Shown here: piece by piece, positions 1 to 8,022 of the stretch
Numbering within the stretch: position 1 is the stretch's first letter
Layout: each line of letters starts with the position of its first letter
Assembly (NCBI GenBank): GCA_007121785.1
Contig: SKJX01000083.1
Span: 169-24,168, forward strand
Reading direction: 5' to 3'
Length of the DNA stretch: 24,000 nt
Origin: Nitriliruptoraceae bacterium
Lineage (GTDB): Bacteria; Actinomycetota; Nitriliruptoria; Nitriliruptorales; Nitriliruptoraceae
Notes under the pieces: model-generated
Database searches by the model: none
What the model was told of the DNA's origin: nothing
Seen by the model: the letters and a program-made list of their open reading frames with translations, nothing else
Position numbers and translations under genes: made by a program

Positions 1-156
1 GAAGACGTCCTCGGCTGGCACCAGGCCGCTCAAGCCCACGACCACCATCACCAGGATCGCGGCGACGTCGATGCGCACCACCTCGGTGATGAACAGCGTC
101 ACGGTGACGGCCAGGATCGCCAGCACCACGATCATCTCGGGGGTCGGAGCCTCCAT
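1..156 (-). CDS. SLC13/DASS-family anion permease; only the N-terminal 52 codons are present because the gene runs off the left edge
   Basis: Hand translation of the minus strand from ATG 156..154 gives MEAPTPEMIVVLAILAVTVTLFITEVVRIDVAAILVMVVVGLSGLVPAEDVF, open to position 1. A GGAGAGGA Shine-Dalgarno (complement of 161-168) lies 4 nt upstream. The hydrophobic N-terminus with the LFxTExxRxDVxA pattern is typical of SLC13/YfbS-type permeases. It is absent from the ORF track only because it is short. Confidence 0.5.
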   Translation of the reverse strand, partial: MEAPTPEMIVVLAILAVTVTLFITEVVRIDVAAILVMVVVGLSGLVPAEDVF

Positions 157-185
157 GCCATCCTCTCCGAGGGGCTTCGATGAGT

Positions 186-217
186 GGCGCCCCGGCCAGG
201 GGGATGACCGGGGCGCC
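186..217 (-). terminator. GC-rich hairpin (10-bp stem, 12-nt loop) between the MBL-rhodanese gene and the SLC13 gene; possible attenuator or terminator
   Basis: GGCGCCCCGG (186-195) pairs perfectly with CCGGGGCGCC (208-217). It lies 57 nt downstream of the stop at 274. No U-tract follows, so termination activity is uncertain. Confidence 0.3.
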
Positions 218-273
218 AGGTGGGGTGGGTGTCGCGACCGACCGGGTCAGCGGTGACCGGTCGAGGACGTCGC

Positions 274-1674
274 TCAGCTGGTGGTGAGCTCGAACCCGAG
301 CGCGTCGAGTTGGTGGTCGAAGTCGTCGATCAGCACGGGGGTCCGACCGCCTCGGGCGACCAGCGACGCGGCGATCGCAGCGCGGTAGCCGGAGGCGCAG
401 TGGACCCACAGCTCCCCGTCGGTCGGCAGCTCGTGCATGCGGTGCTCGAGCTCGTGGATCGGGACGTGGATCGAGCCGGCGATCCCACCGGTGGCGCGCT
501 CGTCGTGGCGCCGGACGTCCAGGACGTGGACCGGGCTGCTGCCGTTGGTGTCGGCCATGCGCTTGGCGAGCTGCTCGAAGTCCGCGATCTGGTAGCTACC
601 GCGGTCCAGGCCGACCCCGTAGCTGTCGACCCCGTCGAGCGCCTGCGCGGCTGGCCGGTCGATGCCGACGCGGACCATCTGCCGCTGCGCCTCGGAGACC
701 TCCTCCTGGGTGTCGCCGATCAGGGTGACCGGGGTGCCCCACGGGATGATCCACGCCAGGTAGGTGATGAAGGTGGTACCGACCTCGACGTTGATCGTGC
801 CCGTGACGTGGTCCTGAGCGAACGCGGTACGCGAGCGCAGGTCGACGACCCACTCCCCGGCGTGGATGCGCTGGGCGACCTCGGTCGGGTCCGCCTCGAC
901 GGCGGGCGAGAGGTCCACGGGACCGGGACCGACCTTGTTCCGCGGCGCCATGTGGGCGTAGTACCGCGGGTAGGCGTCCAGGCCGCTCAACAACGTCTGC
1001 ACGAACTCGTCGGTGTCGGTGATGGTCAGCGCCAGGTTCGCGCGGCGCTGTTCCCCGATCGTGGAGATCTCCACGCCGTACTTCGGGTCGACGTTGCTGG
1101 TGGTCTCGTCCGCGGCGGCCGACGAGCAGAAGCTGCCGAACCCGTGGGTGGGAAGCACCGTGGTGTCGTCGTCGAGCTCCTCGGCCAACCGCTTGGCGGT
1201 GGCATGCTGCTGGCGGGTGAGCTGCTCGGCGACCTTGGGGGAGATCAGGTCGGTGCGTCCGACCGAGCCGTACAGCATCGAGCCGCCGGTGAACACCGCC
1301 TGGCGCGTCCCGTCGCTGACGACGTAGGACACGTGGGTGGGCGTGTGGCCTGGGGTGTGCATGACCCGGATCGTCAGGCCGGCGACCGTGAGCTCGTCAC
1401 CGTCCTCGACGCCGTGGAAGTCGAAGAAGGTGTCCTCCTGCGCTGACATGACGTAGGTCGCACCGGTCTGGCGGGCGAGTTCGACCCCGCCGGTGACGTA
1501 GTCGTTGTGGTTGTGGGTCTCGAGCACGTAGTGGACCTCGAGCGCGTGCTCCTCAAGGATCGCCTGGACGCGGTCGATGTCACGCTGCGGGTCGATGACG
1601 ACGGCGTTCGAGCCGTCGGCGACCACGTAGCTGCGGTCGCCGAGCGAGGGTGTCTCGATCGTGTGGATCTGCAT
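274..1674 (-). CDS. MBL-fold metallo-hydrolase (persulfide-dioxygenase-like) fused to two rhodanese domains (CstB-like architecture)
   Basis: ORF 274..1791. The likely start is ATG 1674 (MQIHTIETP...), with a GGGGAGG SD about 9 nt upstream. The metallo-beta-lactamase motif is ETHNHNDYV...HTPGHTPTH. Two rhodanese modules follow: the first lacks the catalytic Cys, and the second carries the active-site loop HCASGYRA. Confidence 0.85.
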   Translation of the reverse strand: MQIHTIETPSLGDRSYVVADGSNAVVIDPQRDIDRVQAILEEHALEVHYVLETHNHNDYVTGGVELARQTGATYVMSAQEDTFFDFHGVEDGDELTVAGLTIRVMHTPGHTPTHVSYVVSDGTRQAVFTGGSMLYGSVGRTDLISPKVAEQLTRQQHATAKRLAEELDDDTTVLPTHGFGSFCSSAAADETTSNVDPKYGVEISTIGEQRRANLALTITDTDEFVQTLLSGLDAYPRYYAHMAPRNKVGPGPVDLSPAVEADPTEVAQRIHAGEWVVDLRSRTAFAQDHVTGTINVEVGTTFITYLAWIIPWGTPVTLIGDTQEEVSEAQRQMVRVGIDRPAAQALDGVDSYGVGLDRGSYQIADFEQLAKRMADTNGSSPVHVLDVRRHDERATGGIAGSIHVPIHELEHRMHELPTDGELWVHCASGYRAAIAASLVARGGRTPVLIDDFDHQLDALGFELTTS

Positions 1675-1810
1675 GGAGGTCGGCCTCCCCTTCGGGTGGT
1701 CTGCGGTCGGCTTCGGCTGAGCTGCGGTCGGCGCCGTCGGTCGCGGTGCGGGTGTCGGGCGGTGACGGCGATGCGCTGTCGGGGCGTGCACCCATCCTCA
1801 ACGGACGGAT

Positions 1811-1824
1811 AAGTACGGACATTT
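1811..1824. promoter_or_regulatory. AT-rich patch AAGTACGGACATTT in the SulP / MBL-rhodanese intergenic region; candidate operator or -10 region
   Basis: This is the only AT-rich stretch in the 165-nt gap 1675-1839. Its core GTACGGACAT matches 9 of 10 positions of the palindrome core GTACGTACAT at 4232-4241. Confidence 0.3.
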
Positions 1825-1839
1825 CCGGGGAGTGCCGGG

Positions 1840-3603
1840 TCAGGGCGCCTGTGCGCTCGCCGCACCATCCGCGGCGGGCCGCTCATCCTCCAGAGCACCA
1901 GCATGACCCACGGGCGCACCTGCGTCCACGGCCCCAACGGCACCCTCGACCCGGTCGTGCATCCGGCCGGCGAACCGGTCGTCGAGGTGGGCGCGGGCCA
2001 ACGTCGCCGCCACGGGCGGGCGGACGCCGGCGAGGTGGCAGTCCACGTCCGCGGCGGCGCACGCACCATCGATCGTCGCGAGGGCATCGACGCCGCTGGC
2101 GTCGATGGTCGGCACGCCCGACAGATCGAGCACCAGCCGGGGGCGTACCCGCTCGGGGCCTCCACGCGGGAGGTCAGCCAGCAACCGGTCGACGCGGTCG
2201 CGCAACTGCACACCGCTGGCGGGCAGCAGGTCCCCGTCGACGTGCAGGACGGTCGTCGTCCCCACCGCATCGGCCGTCAGGGTCGGGACCCCGACGCGCC
2301 AGACGGTGATCAGCAGGCTCGCCGCGATGCCGACGACGATGCCGAGCTCCACCCCCAGCAGCAGGGTGGCGGCGAAGGTGATCAGCAGGGCCACACCGTC
2401 GGAGCGCTCGACCCGCCAGGTGTGGATCGCCTCGCGGACGTCCACCAACTTGGCGACGGCGACGAGCACGACGGCGGCCAGTACCACCTCCGGCAACGTG
2501 GCGAAGAGGGGTGCGAGCACCAGCAGCGCGACCAGGACCCCGGCCGCGGTGACGATGCTGGCCAGCGGCGTCCGCGCACCGGCCGTGTGGTTGACGGCCG
2601 TGCGGGAGAACCCGCCGGCCACCGGGAAGCCCTGGACCAGCCCGGCCGCCAGGTTGGCGGCACCGGAGGCGATCAGCTCCCGGTCGGGATCGATCCGGTC
2701 GCGGGTGCGGGCCGCGACCGCCCGGGCGACGCTGATCCCTTCGAGGTAGGACAGCAGGGCGATGATCACCGCGCCGGGCAGCAGTGCGACGACCGCGTCC
2801 AAGGGAGCGATCGGCAGGGTCGGCGCCGGCAGCCCGGCCGGCACCTCGCCGAGCACCGCGACGCCGGCATCGGCCAGGCTGAACAGCGGCACCGCGGCCG
2901 TGGCGAGCGCGACCACCAGCAGCGGGGTCGGGACCTTGTTGCCCAACCACCGCCCGGCGAGCAGCGCGACGATCGCGACCGCGCCGACCGCGAGGGTGGG
3001 AAGGTGCACCTGACCGAGCTCGCCACCGAGCGACGCGATCCGCTCCACCCAGCCGTCCGGACGACCGATCGACACGCCCAGCAGCTTGTCCAGCTGGCTG
3101 GTGGCGATCACGATCGCCGCCGCGGAGGTGAAGCCGCTGACGACCGGGTGCGACAGCAGCGTGGTCAGGCGCCCGGCGCGGAGCAGGCCGAGGACGACCT
3201 GGATCGCCCCGACCATCAGCGCGAGCACGCCCGCCAACGTCACGTACGCGCCGGGGTCGCCGTCGGCGATCGGCGCCAGCGTGGAGGCGGTGAGCAACGA
3301 GACGATCGCGACCGGCCCGAAAGCGAGCTGGCCGGACGTGCCGAGCAGCGCGTAGGCCACCAGCGGCACGGTCGCGGCGTACAGCCCGGTCACCGGCGGC
3401 ATCCCCGCCAGCGCGGCGTAGGCCATCGCCTGCGGGACGAGCATCGCAGCGACGGTCAGTCCCGCGAGCAGGTCCGCTCGATGGGAGCCGGCATCCGCAC
3501 GGCGGAGCCACCCGACGATGGGCAAGTACCGCTCCAGCCGTGAGCGGTGCCGGGGCGACCCTTGCAGGGTCGCCCCGGCACCTCCCCGCGCCCTCGAACC
3601 CAT
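1840..3603 (-). CDS. SulP-family anion (sulfate-type) transporter with C-terminal STAS domain
   Basis: ORF 1840..3606. The N-terminus LERYLPIVGWLRR...DLLAGLTVAAMLVPQAMAYA is the classic SulP start, and multiple TM segments follow. The C-terminal STAS-like region reads LVLDLSGVPTIDASGVDAL. ATG 3603 has a GGAG 7 nt upstream; GTG 3606 is the alternative start. Confidence 0.9.
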   Translation of the reverse strand: MGSRARGGAGATLQGSPRHRSRLERYLPIVGWLRRADAGSHRADLLAGLTVAAMLVPQAMAYAALAGMPPVTGLYAATVPLVAYALLGTSGQLAFGPVAIVSLLTASTLAPIADGDPGAYVTLAGVLALMVGAIQVVLGLLRAGRLTTLLSHPVVSGFTSAAAIVIATSQLDKLLGVSIGRPDGWVERIASLGGELGQVHLPTLAVGAVAIVALLAGRWLGNKVPTPLLVVALATAAVPLFSLADAGVAVLGEVPAGLPAPTLPIAPLDAVVALLPGAVIIALLSYLEGISVARAVAARTRDRIDPDRELIASGAANLAAGLVQGFPVAGGFSRTAVNHTAGARTPLASIVTAAGVLVALLVLAPLFATLPEVVLAAVVLVAVAKLVDVREAIHTWRVERSDGVALLITFAATLLLGVELGIVVGIAASLLITVWRVGVPTLTADAVGTTTVLHVDGDLLPASGVQLRDRVDRLLADLPRGGPERVRPRLVLDLSGVPTIDASGVDALATIDGACAAADVDCHLAGVRPPVAATLARAHLDDRFAGRMHDRVEGAVGAVDAGAPVGHAGALEDERPAADGAASAQAP

Positions 3604-3631
3604 CACCGGCTCCGATCGGTCGGCGCCGACG

Positions 3632-4180
3632 TCAGTTCGTTGACGAGGAGGTGGTCTTCGGACGGTTGTAGGGCAGCTTCGCCAGGAGCATGCCCATCGC
3701 GCAGGTGTTGGTGACCGCGGCGAACACCAGTCCGGCGCCGACGAACCCGGCGACGAACCGCGCCGGCGGGAAGACGATGCTCACCAGGATCGACAGCAGC
3801 ACGATCGAGCCGGCGACCAGCCGGACCTGTCGCTCCAGGTCCCACCGGATCACGTCCTGGACGATCGGGCCGTCGACCTGCTGCCACGCGAGCACCCCGC
3901 CCTCGAGGATCGGCAGCTCACCCAGCCCGGCCTCGGAGAGCTTCTCCTGCGCCTGGTGCGCGCGGTTGCCGGTGCGGCAGACCAGCACCACCTCGCGCCC
4001 CTCCTCGGTGAGCTCGCGGATCTTGTCGACGTGGTCGTCGAGCTCGTCCAGCGGCAGGTTCCTGGAACTGGGCAGGTGGATCGACTCGAACTCGCCGGGG
4101 GTTCGGACGTCGATCACCGCCGCCTCGTCCAAGCGGTGCTTGAGCACGTCGGGGTCGATACACACGGTCGCCTGCGTCAC
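3632..4180 (-). CDS. Rhodanese-domain sulfurtransferase with C-terminal DUF2892 membrane anchor (YgaP-like)
   Basis: GTG start at 4180 with an AGGAGG SD 6 nt upstream. The rhodanese fold has the active-site loop VCRTGNRA. The C-terminal two-TM segment ends in AAVTNTCAMGMLLAKLP, which is typical of DUF2892. Confidence 0.85.
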   Translation of the reverse strand: MTQATVCIDPDVLKHRLDEAAVIDVRTPGEFESIHLPSSRNLPLDELDDHVDKIRELTEEGREVVLVCRTGNRAHQAQEKLSEAGLGELPILEGGVLAWQQVDGPIVQDVIRWDLERQVRLVAGSIVLLSILVSIVFPPARFVAGFVGAGLVFAAVTNTCAMGMLLAKLPYNRPKTTSSSTN

Positions 4181-4229
4181 GGGTTCCTCCTGGGGTGGGA
4201 GCGGAAGGGTCCGCCCTCGTCAACGCGCA

Positions 4230-4241
4230 ATGTACGTACAT
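4230..4241. promoter_or_regulatory. Perfect 12-bp palindrome ATGTACGTACAT in an AT-rich patch of the divergent promoter region; candidate operator
   Basis: Read directly from the sequence. It sits between the divergent starts at 4180 (-) and 4438 (+), is flanked by TATTT, and overlaps -10-like hexamers on both strands. Confidence 0.4.
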
Positions 4242-4437
4242 ATTTCGACGTTGGCGATCCGACACTACGGCGTGCGACCCTCGCGCACGGTCGGGACACC
4301 GCCCTCACGCGACCTTCACCGCTCCCGGGCACTCGAGTGCCGGCCGGAGGGAATCCGCGGGACCGCCGGTCGGTTGCCAACGCGAGCGACCCGACCCACC
4401 AGCGCCGGACGACCCGGCAACGCCCCCGGAGATCACC

Positions 4438-5850
4438 ATGTTCACCACCTACGACGTCATCGTCATCGGCGCCGGCCCGGCCGGAGAGAACGCCGCCGAC
4501 TACGCCCGCCAACGCGGCCTGACCGCGGCCATCATCGAAGCCGAACTGGTCGGCGGCGAGTGCAGCTACTGGGGCTGCATGCCCTCCAAGGCGCTCCTGC
4601 GACCCACCGAGGCGCTCGCCGCCGCCCGCCGCGTCCCGGCCGCCGCTGCCGCGATCACCGGCGAGGTCGACGTCGAGAAGGTGCTGCGCAACCGCGACGC
4701 GTTCACCTCCAACTGGGAGGACAAGGGCCAGGTCGACTGGCTCGAGGGCGCCGGGGTCGAGCTGCACCGTGGCCACGGGCGCCTGGTCGGCGAGAAGGTC
4801 GTCGAGGTGATCGCGGAGGACGGCAGCGTGACCCGACTGGAGGCGAGCGAAGGCGTGGTGATCGGGGTCGGGACCCGCGCCGCGCACCCGCCGGTCGCCG
4901 GCCTGAGCGACATCATCACCTGGGACAACCGCGACATCACCGAGGCCAAGGAGATCCCGGACCGCCTGCTCGTCCTCGGCGGTGGCGTGATCGGTACCGA
5001 GATGGCTCAGGCCTTCGCGCGGCTCGGAGCCGACGAGGTCACCGTCATCGAGGCGCTCGATCGCGTGCTCGGCGTCGAGGAGCCCTTTGTCAGCGACGAG
5101 ATCGTCGCGGCGCTCGAAGCCGAGGGCATCGCTTTCCACCTCGGCGCCCGGGCCGAGCAGGTCCGGCGTGAGGGCACCGACGGTCCGGTCACCGTCACCC
5201 TCGCAAGCGGCGATGAGGTCACCGGCGATGAGTTGCTGGTCGCGGTCGGTCGGCGCGCACCGACGGACCAGCTCGGCCTCGACACGATCGGCGTCGAACC
5301 CGGGCGTGGCGGGTTCATCGAGGTGGACGACCACCTGCGCGTTCCCGGCCACGACTGGCTCTACGTCGTCGGTGACGCCAACGGCCGTGCGCTGCTCACC
5401 CACCAGGGCAAGTACCAGGCCCGCCTGGTCGGTGACGCGCTCGCCGGGGTCGACGTCGACCCGGCCTGGGCCGACGAACGCGCCGTACCGAGGGTCGTCT
5501 ACACCGACCCGCAGGTCGCCGCGGTCGGTCTGACCGAGGCCCAGGCACGCGAGGCCGGTCACGACGTCACCACCGCCTCCTACAACGTCGGGCACTCCGC
5601 GGGCGGTGCGCTGCTCGGCAAGGGCACCGACGGCACCGCGAAGCTCGTGATCGACCGCCCCCGTCGCACGATCCTCGGGGCGACCTTCGTCGGACCTGGC
5701 GTGGGTGAGATGCTGCACGCCGCGACGATCGCCGTGGTCAGCGAGGTCACCCTCGAACAGCTCTGGCACGCCGTGCCGCCGTTCCCAACGGTCTCGGAGG
5801 TGTGGCTACGGCTGCTCGAGCAGGTGCGGGCCCAGGAGCTCGGTGCCTGA
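4438..5850 (+). CDS. Class-I pyridine-nucleotide-disulfide oxidoreductase (dihydrolipoyl dehydrogenase / mercuric-reductase-like family)
   Basis: ORF 4195..5850. The real start is ATG 4438 (MFTTYDVIVIGAGPAGENAA, the FAD-binding GxGxxG motif) with a GGAG upstream. The redox-active disulfide motif is GGECSYWGCMPSK, the second Rossmann motif is LVLGGGVIGTEMAQ, and the C-terminal dimerisation motif is HAVPPFPTVSE. Confidence 0.85.
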   Translation: MFTTYDVIVIGAGPAGENAADYARQRGLTAAIIEAELVGGECSYWGCMPSKALLRPTEALAAARRVPAAAAAITGEVDVEKVLRNRDAFTSNWEDKGQVDWLEGAGVELHRGHGRLVGEKVVEVIAEDGSVTRLEASEGVVIGVGTRAAHPPVAGLSDIITWDNRDITEAKEIPDRLLVLGGGVIGTEMAQAFARLGADEVTVIEALDRVLGVEEPFVSDEIVAALEAEGIAFHLGARAEQVRREGTDGPVTVTLASGDEVTGDELLVAVGRRAPTDQLGLDTIGVEPGRGGFIEVDDHLRVPGHDWLYVVGDANGRALLTHQGKYQARLVGDALAGVDVDPAWADERAVPRVVYTDPQVAAVGLTEAQAREAGHDVTTASYNVGHSAGGALLGKGTDGTAKLVIDRPRRTILGATFVGPGVGEMLHAATIAVVSEVTLEQLWHAVPPFPTVSEVWLRLLEQVRAQELGA

Positions 5851-5934
5851 CCGGACGCCGATCGCACGCACCCTGCTTGCCCCTCCGCCTCTCCGGCCGA
5901 CAGGAGCAGGGGACGATCAGGGAGCACGACGCAC

Positions 5935-8022
5935 GTGAGGGGACGGTTCGGCGGTGACGGACCGCGATCGGTGGTGCGCACGTTCGCGTGGCGTTCCGCG
6001 ATCGTGTTCGCCATCGTCGCGGTCGGCCTCCACGTGCTCGTCAGCTCCGCGGTGACCGGGCACGTCCGTCAGGCGGCGACCTTCCACGCCGAGTTCGTCG
6101 CCCACTCGGTGCTCGACCCGCTCCTGGCGGAGCGAAGCCAGCCCGATGAGCCCGTGCATGAAGCAGCCGGGGACCCGGCGTTCCGGGCGGCGATCGAGGC
6201 CTACGCGATCGACGAGCACGTCGTCCGCATCCTCATCTGGGGCATGGACGGGACCGTGATCGCGTCGGACGACCCGTCGGTGCTGGGAGCGTCACCGCCC
6301 GGCTACCTCGACGGCGTCGGTGTGCAGGACGGGGCGCTCCACGCCGACGACGGCTCGCTCGACGCACCGGCCACGCCGGGCGGCCGCGCCGTCGACGACC
6401 CCGTCCGCAGCTTCATCCCGCTGGAGACCGGGGACGACCTGGTCGCGGAGATCCTGCAGGACCCGGCGATGTCGATTGGCGCCGCGAGTTCCTTCTCGCG
6501 GCTGCTGGATCTGACCGTCGTCGGTGGCCTCGCGCTCCTCTGGGCCCTGCTGCTGCCGGTCGCTCGCCGCGCCAGCCGTCGGCTCGACCGCCAGGCGCGA
6601 ACCGACGATCTGACCGGGTTGCTCAACCGTGGTGCCGTCCGCTCCCGGTTGAAGGACGCGGTCGACCACGCCGGTCGCGCCGGGGCCTACGTCGCGGTCC
6701 TGTTCATCGACCTCGACGGCTTCAAGGCGATCAACGAGGCGGGCGGCCATCAGGCCGGCGATCACGTCCTGCGGCAGGTCGCTGCCCGGCTCCGCGGTCA
6801 GGTGCGCTCCGTCGACGCGGTCGGCCGCTTCGCCGGTGACGAGTTCGTGGTGATCATCGACGGGGTCAACGACGAGGTCGCGGCGGAGCAGGTCGCCGCG
6901 CGGACGCTCGAGACCCTGCGTGAGCCCATCGACGGGGTCGGACCGCACCGGCTGACGGCGAGCATCGGCATGAGCGTCGGGTCGACGCGCAGCTCCGCCG
7001 ACGAACTGCTCCGCGATGCCGACGCGGCCATGTACGAGGCCAAATCCGACGGTGGCGATCACTACCGCGTGTTCGACGACGAACTGCGGTGCCTGGTGGC
7101 ACGTCGTCAGTGGATCGAGCGTGAGGTGCTCAGCGCGGTCGACGATGACCAGTTGCACCTGGTGTTCCAGCCGTTCGTGGCGCTCCAGGGTGAGCGTGCC
7201 GGCACGGTCGTCGCGGTCGAGGCACTGCTGCGTTGGACCCACCCCGAGGAGGGCCCCATCGGGCCCGGGGAGTTCATCCCCATCGCCGAGACGAGCGGTG
7301 CGCTCCATCGGCTCGGCCCGTGGATCATCGACGCGGCCTGTCACCAGCTGGCCACCTGGCAGACCGAGCTTCCCGCCCACGCCGAGCCGCGCATCTTCGT
7401 CAACCTCTCACCGGTCGAGCTGCGCAACGGTCTCCTCGACCAACTCGACGACGTGCTGGAGCGCACCGGAGCCGACGCGCGAGGCCTCGGGTTCGAGATC
7501 ACCGAGACCGCCATCCTCAGCGAGGACGACACGTCCGTCGTCGACACCCTGGCGGCGCTCCGTGACCGCGGCTGCGTCATCGCGGTGGACGACTTCGGGA
7601 CCGGCTACTCGTCGCTCAGCCGGCTGCGGACGATGCCGATCGACCTGCTCAAGCTCGACGCGTCGTTCGTGGGCAGCCTCACGTCCAGCCGGCGCGAGCT
7701 GGCGATCTCCACGGCCGTGGCGGGGCTCGCGCAACGGCTCGGCGTCACGGTCCTCGCGGAGGGCATCGAGACCACCGATCAGCTCGTCGCCGTCCGCGAA
7801 CTCGGCTTCGACCTCGCGCAGGGCTACCACCTGGCTCGACCGGCACCTCCGGAGGAGATCGTCGCCTACCTGTCGACCGCGGCGCTGCCCGCCGGGCCGC
7901 CGGCGCCGATCGGCGACCGTCATCTCGATCCTGACGGCGGGGTCACCCCGTCGTGGGCGTTACGGCCACGAGGCGAAGGTCGTGGGTCAGCAGACGCTGT
8001 CGGTGGGCTTGGGGTTGGGTAG
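5935..8022 (+). CDS. Membrane-anchored GGDEF-EAL protein (c-di-GMP synthase/phosphodiesterase) with a periplasmic sensor region between two TM helices
   Basis: GTG start at 5935. The GGDEF domain has an RSVD I-site followed by the AGDEF A-site variant. EAL-domain motifs are VEALLRW, DDFGTGYSSL, LKLD, EGIET and QGYHLARP. Confidence 0.85.
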   Translation: MRGRFGGDGPRSVVRTFAWRSAIVFAIVAVGLHVLVSSAVTGHVRQAATFHAEFVAHSVLDPLLAERSQPDEPVHEAAGDPAFRAAIEAYAIDEHVVRILIWGMDGTVIASDDPSVLGASPPGYLDGVGVQDGALHADDGSLDAPATPGGRAVDDPVRSFIPLETGDDLVAEILQDPAMSIGAASSFSRLLDLTVVGGLALLWALLLPVARRASRRLDRQARTDDLTGLLNRGAVRSRLKDAVDHAGRAGAYVAVLFIDLDGFKAINEAGGHQAGDHVLRQVAARLRGQVRSVDAVGRFAGDEFVVIIDGVNDEVAAEQVAARTLETLREPIDGVGPHRLTASIGMSVGSTRSSADELLRDADAAMYEAKSDGGDHYRVFDDELRCLVARRQWIEREVLSAVDDDQLHLVFQPFVALQGERAGTVVAVEALLRWTHPEEGPIGPGEFIPIAETSGALHRLGPWIIDAACHQLATWQTELPAHAEPRIFVNLSPVELRNGLLDQLDDVLERTGADARGLGFEITETAILSEDDTSVVDTLAALRDRGCVIAVDDFGTGYSSLSRLRTMPIDLLKLDASFVGSLTSSRRELAISTAVAGLAQRLGVTVLAEGIETTDQLVAVRELGFDLAQGYHLARPAPPEEIVAYLSTAALPAGPPAPIGDRHLDPDGGVTPSWALRPRGEGRGSADAVGGLGVG

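Noticed and set aside
220-1446. Long plus-strand ORF (408 aa) antisense to the MBL-rhodanese gene. Similar long antisense ORFs occur at 1903..3543, 4177..5769, 6292..7380, 13799..15235, 15410..16663, 16570..18015, 19024..20733 and 20294..21634.
   Set aside because: Their translations are Arg/Gly/Pro/Asp-rich and low-complexity, with no recognisable motifs. Each lies opposite a gene with clear family signatures. These are typical shadow ORFs of high-GC DNA.
5851-5934. Weak inverted repeat (CCCTGCT...AGCAGGG) between the flavoprotein and GGDEF-EAL genes, considered as a terminator.
   Set aside because: The stem is 7 bp, the loop is about 27 nt, and there is no U-tract. The genes are more likely co-transcribed.
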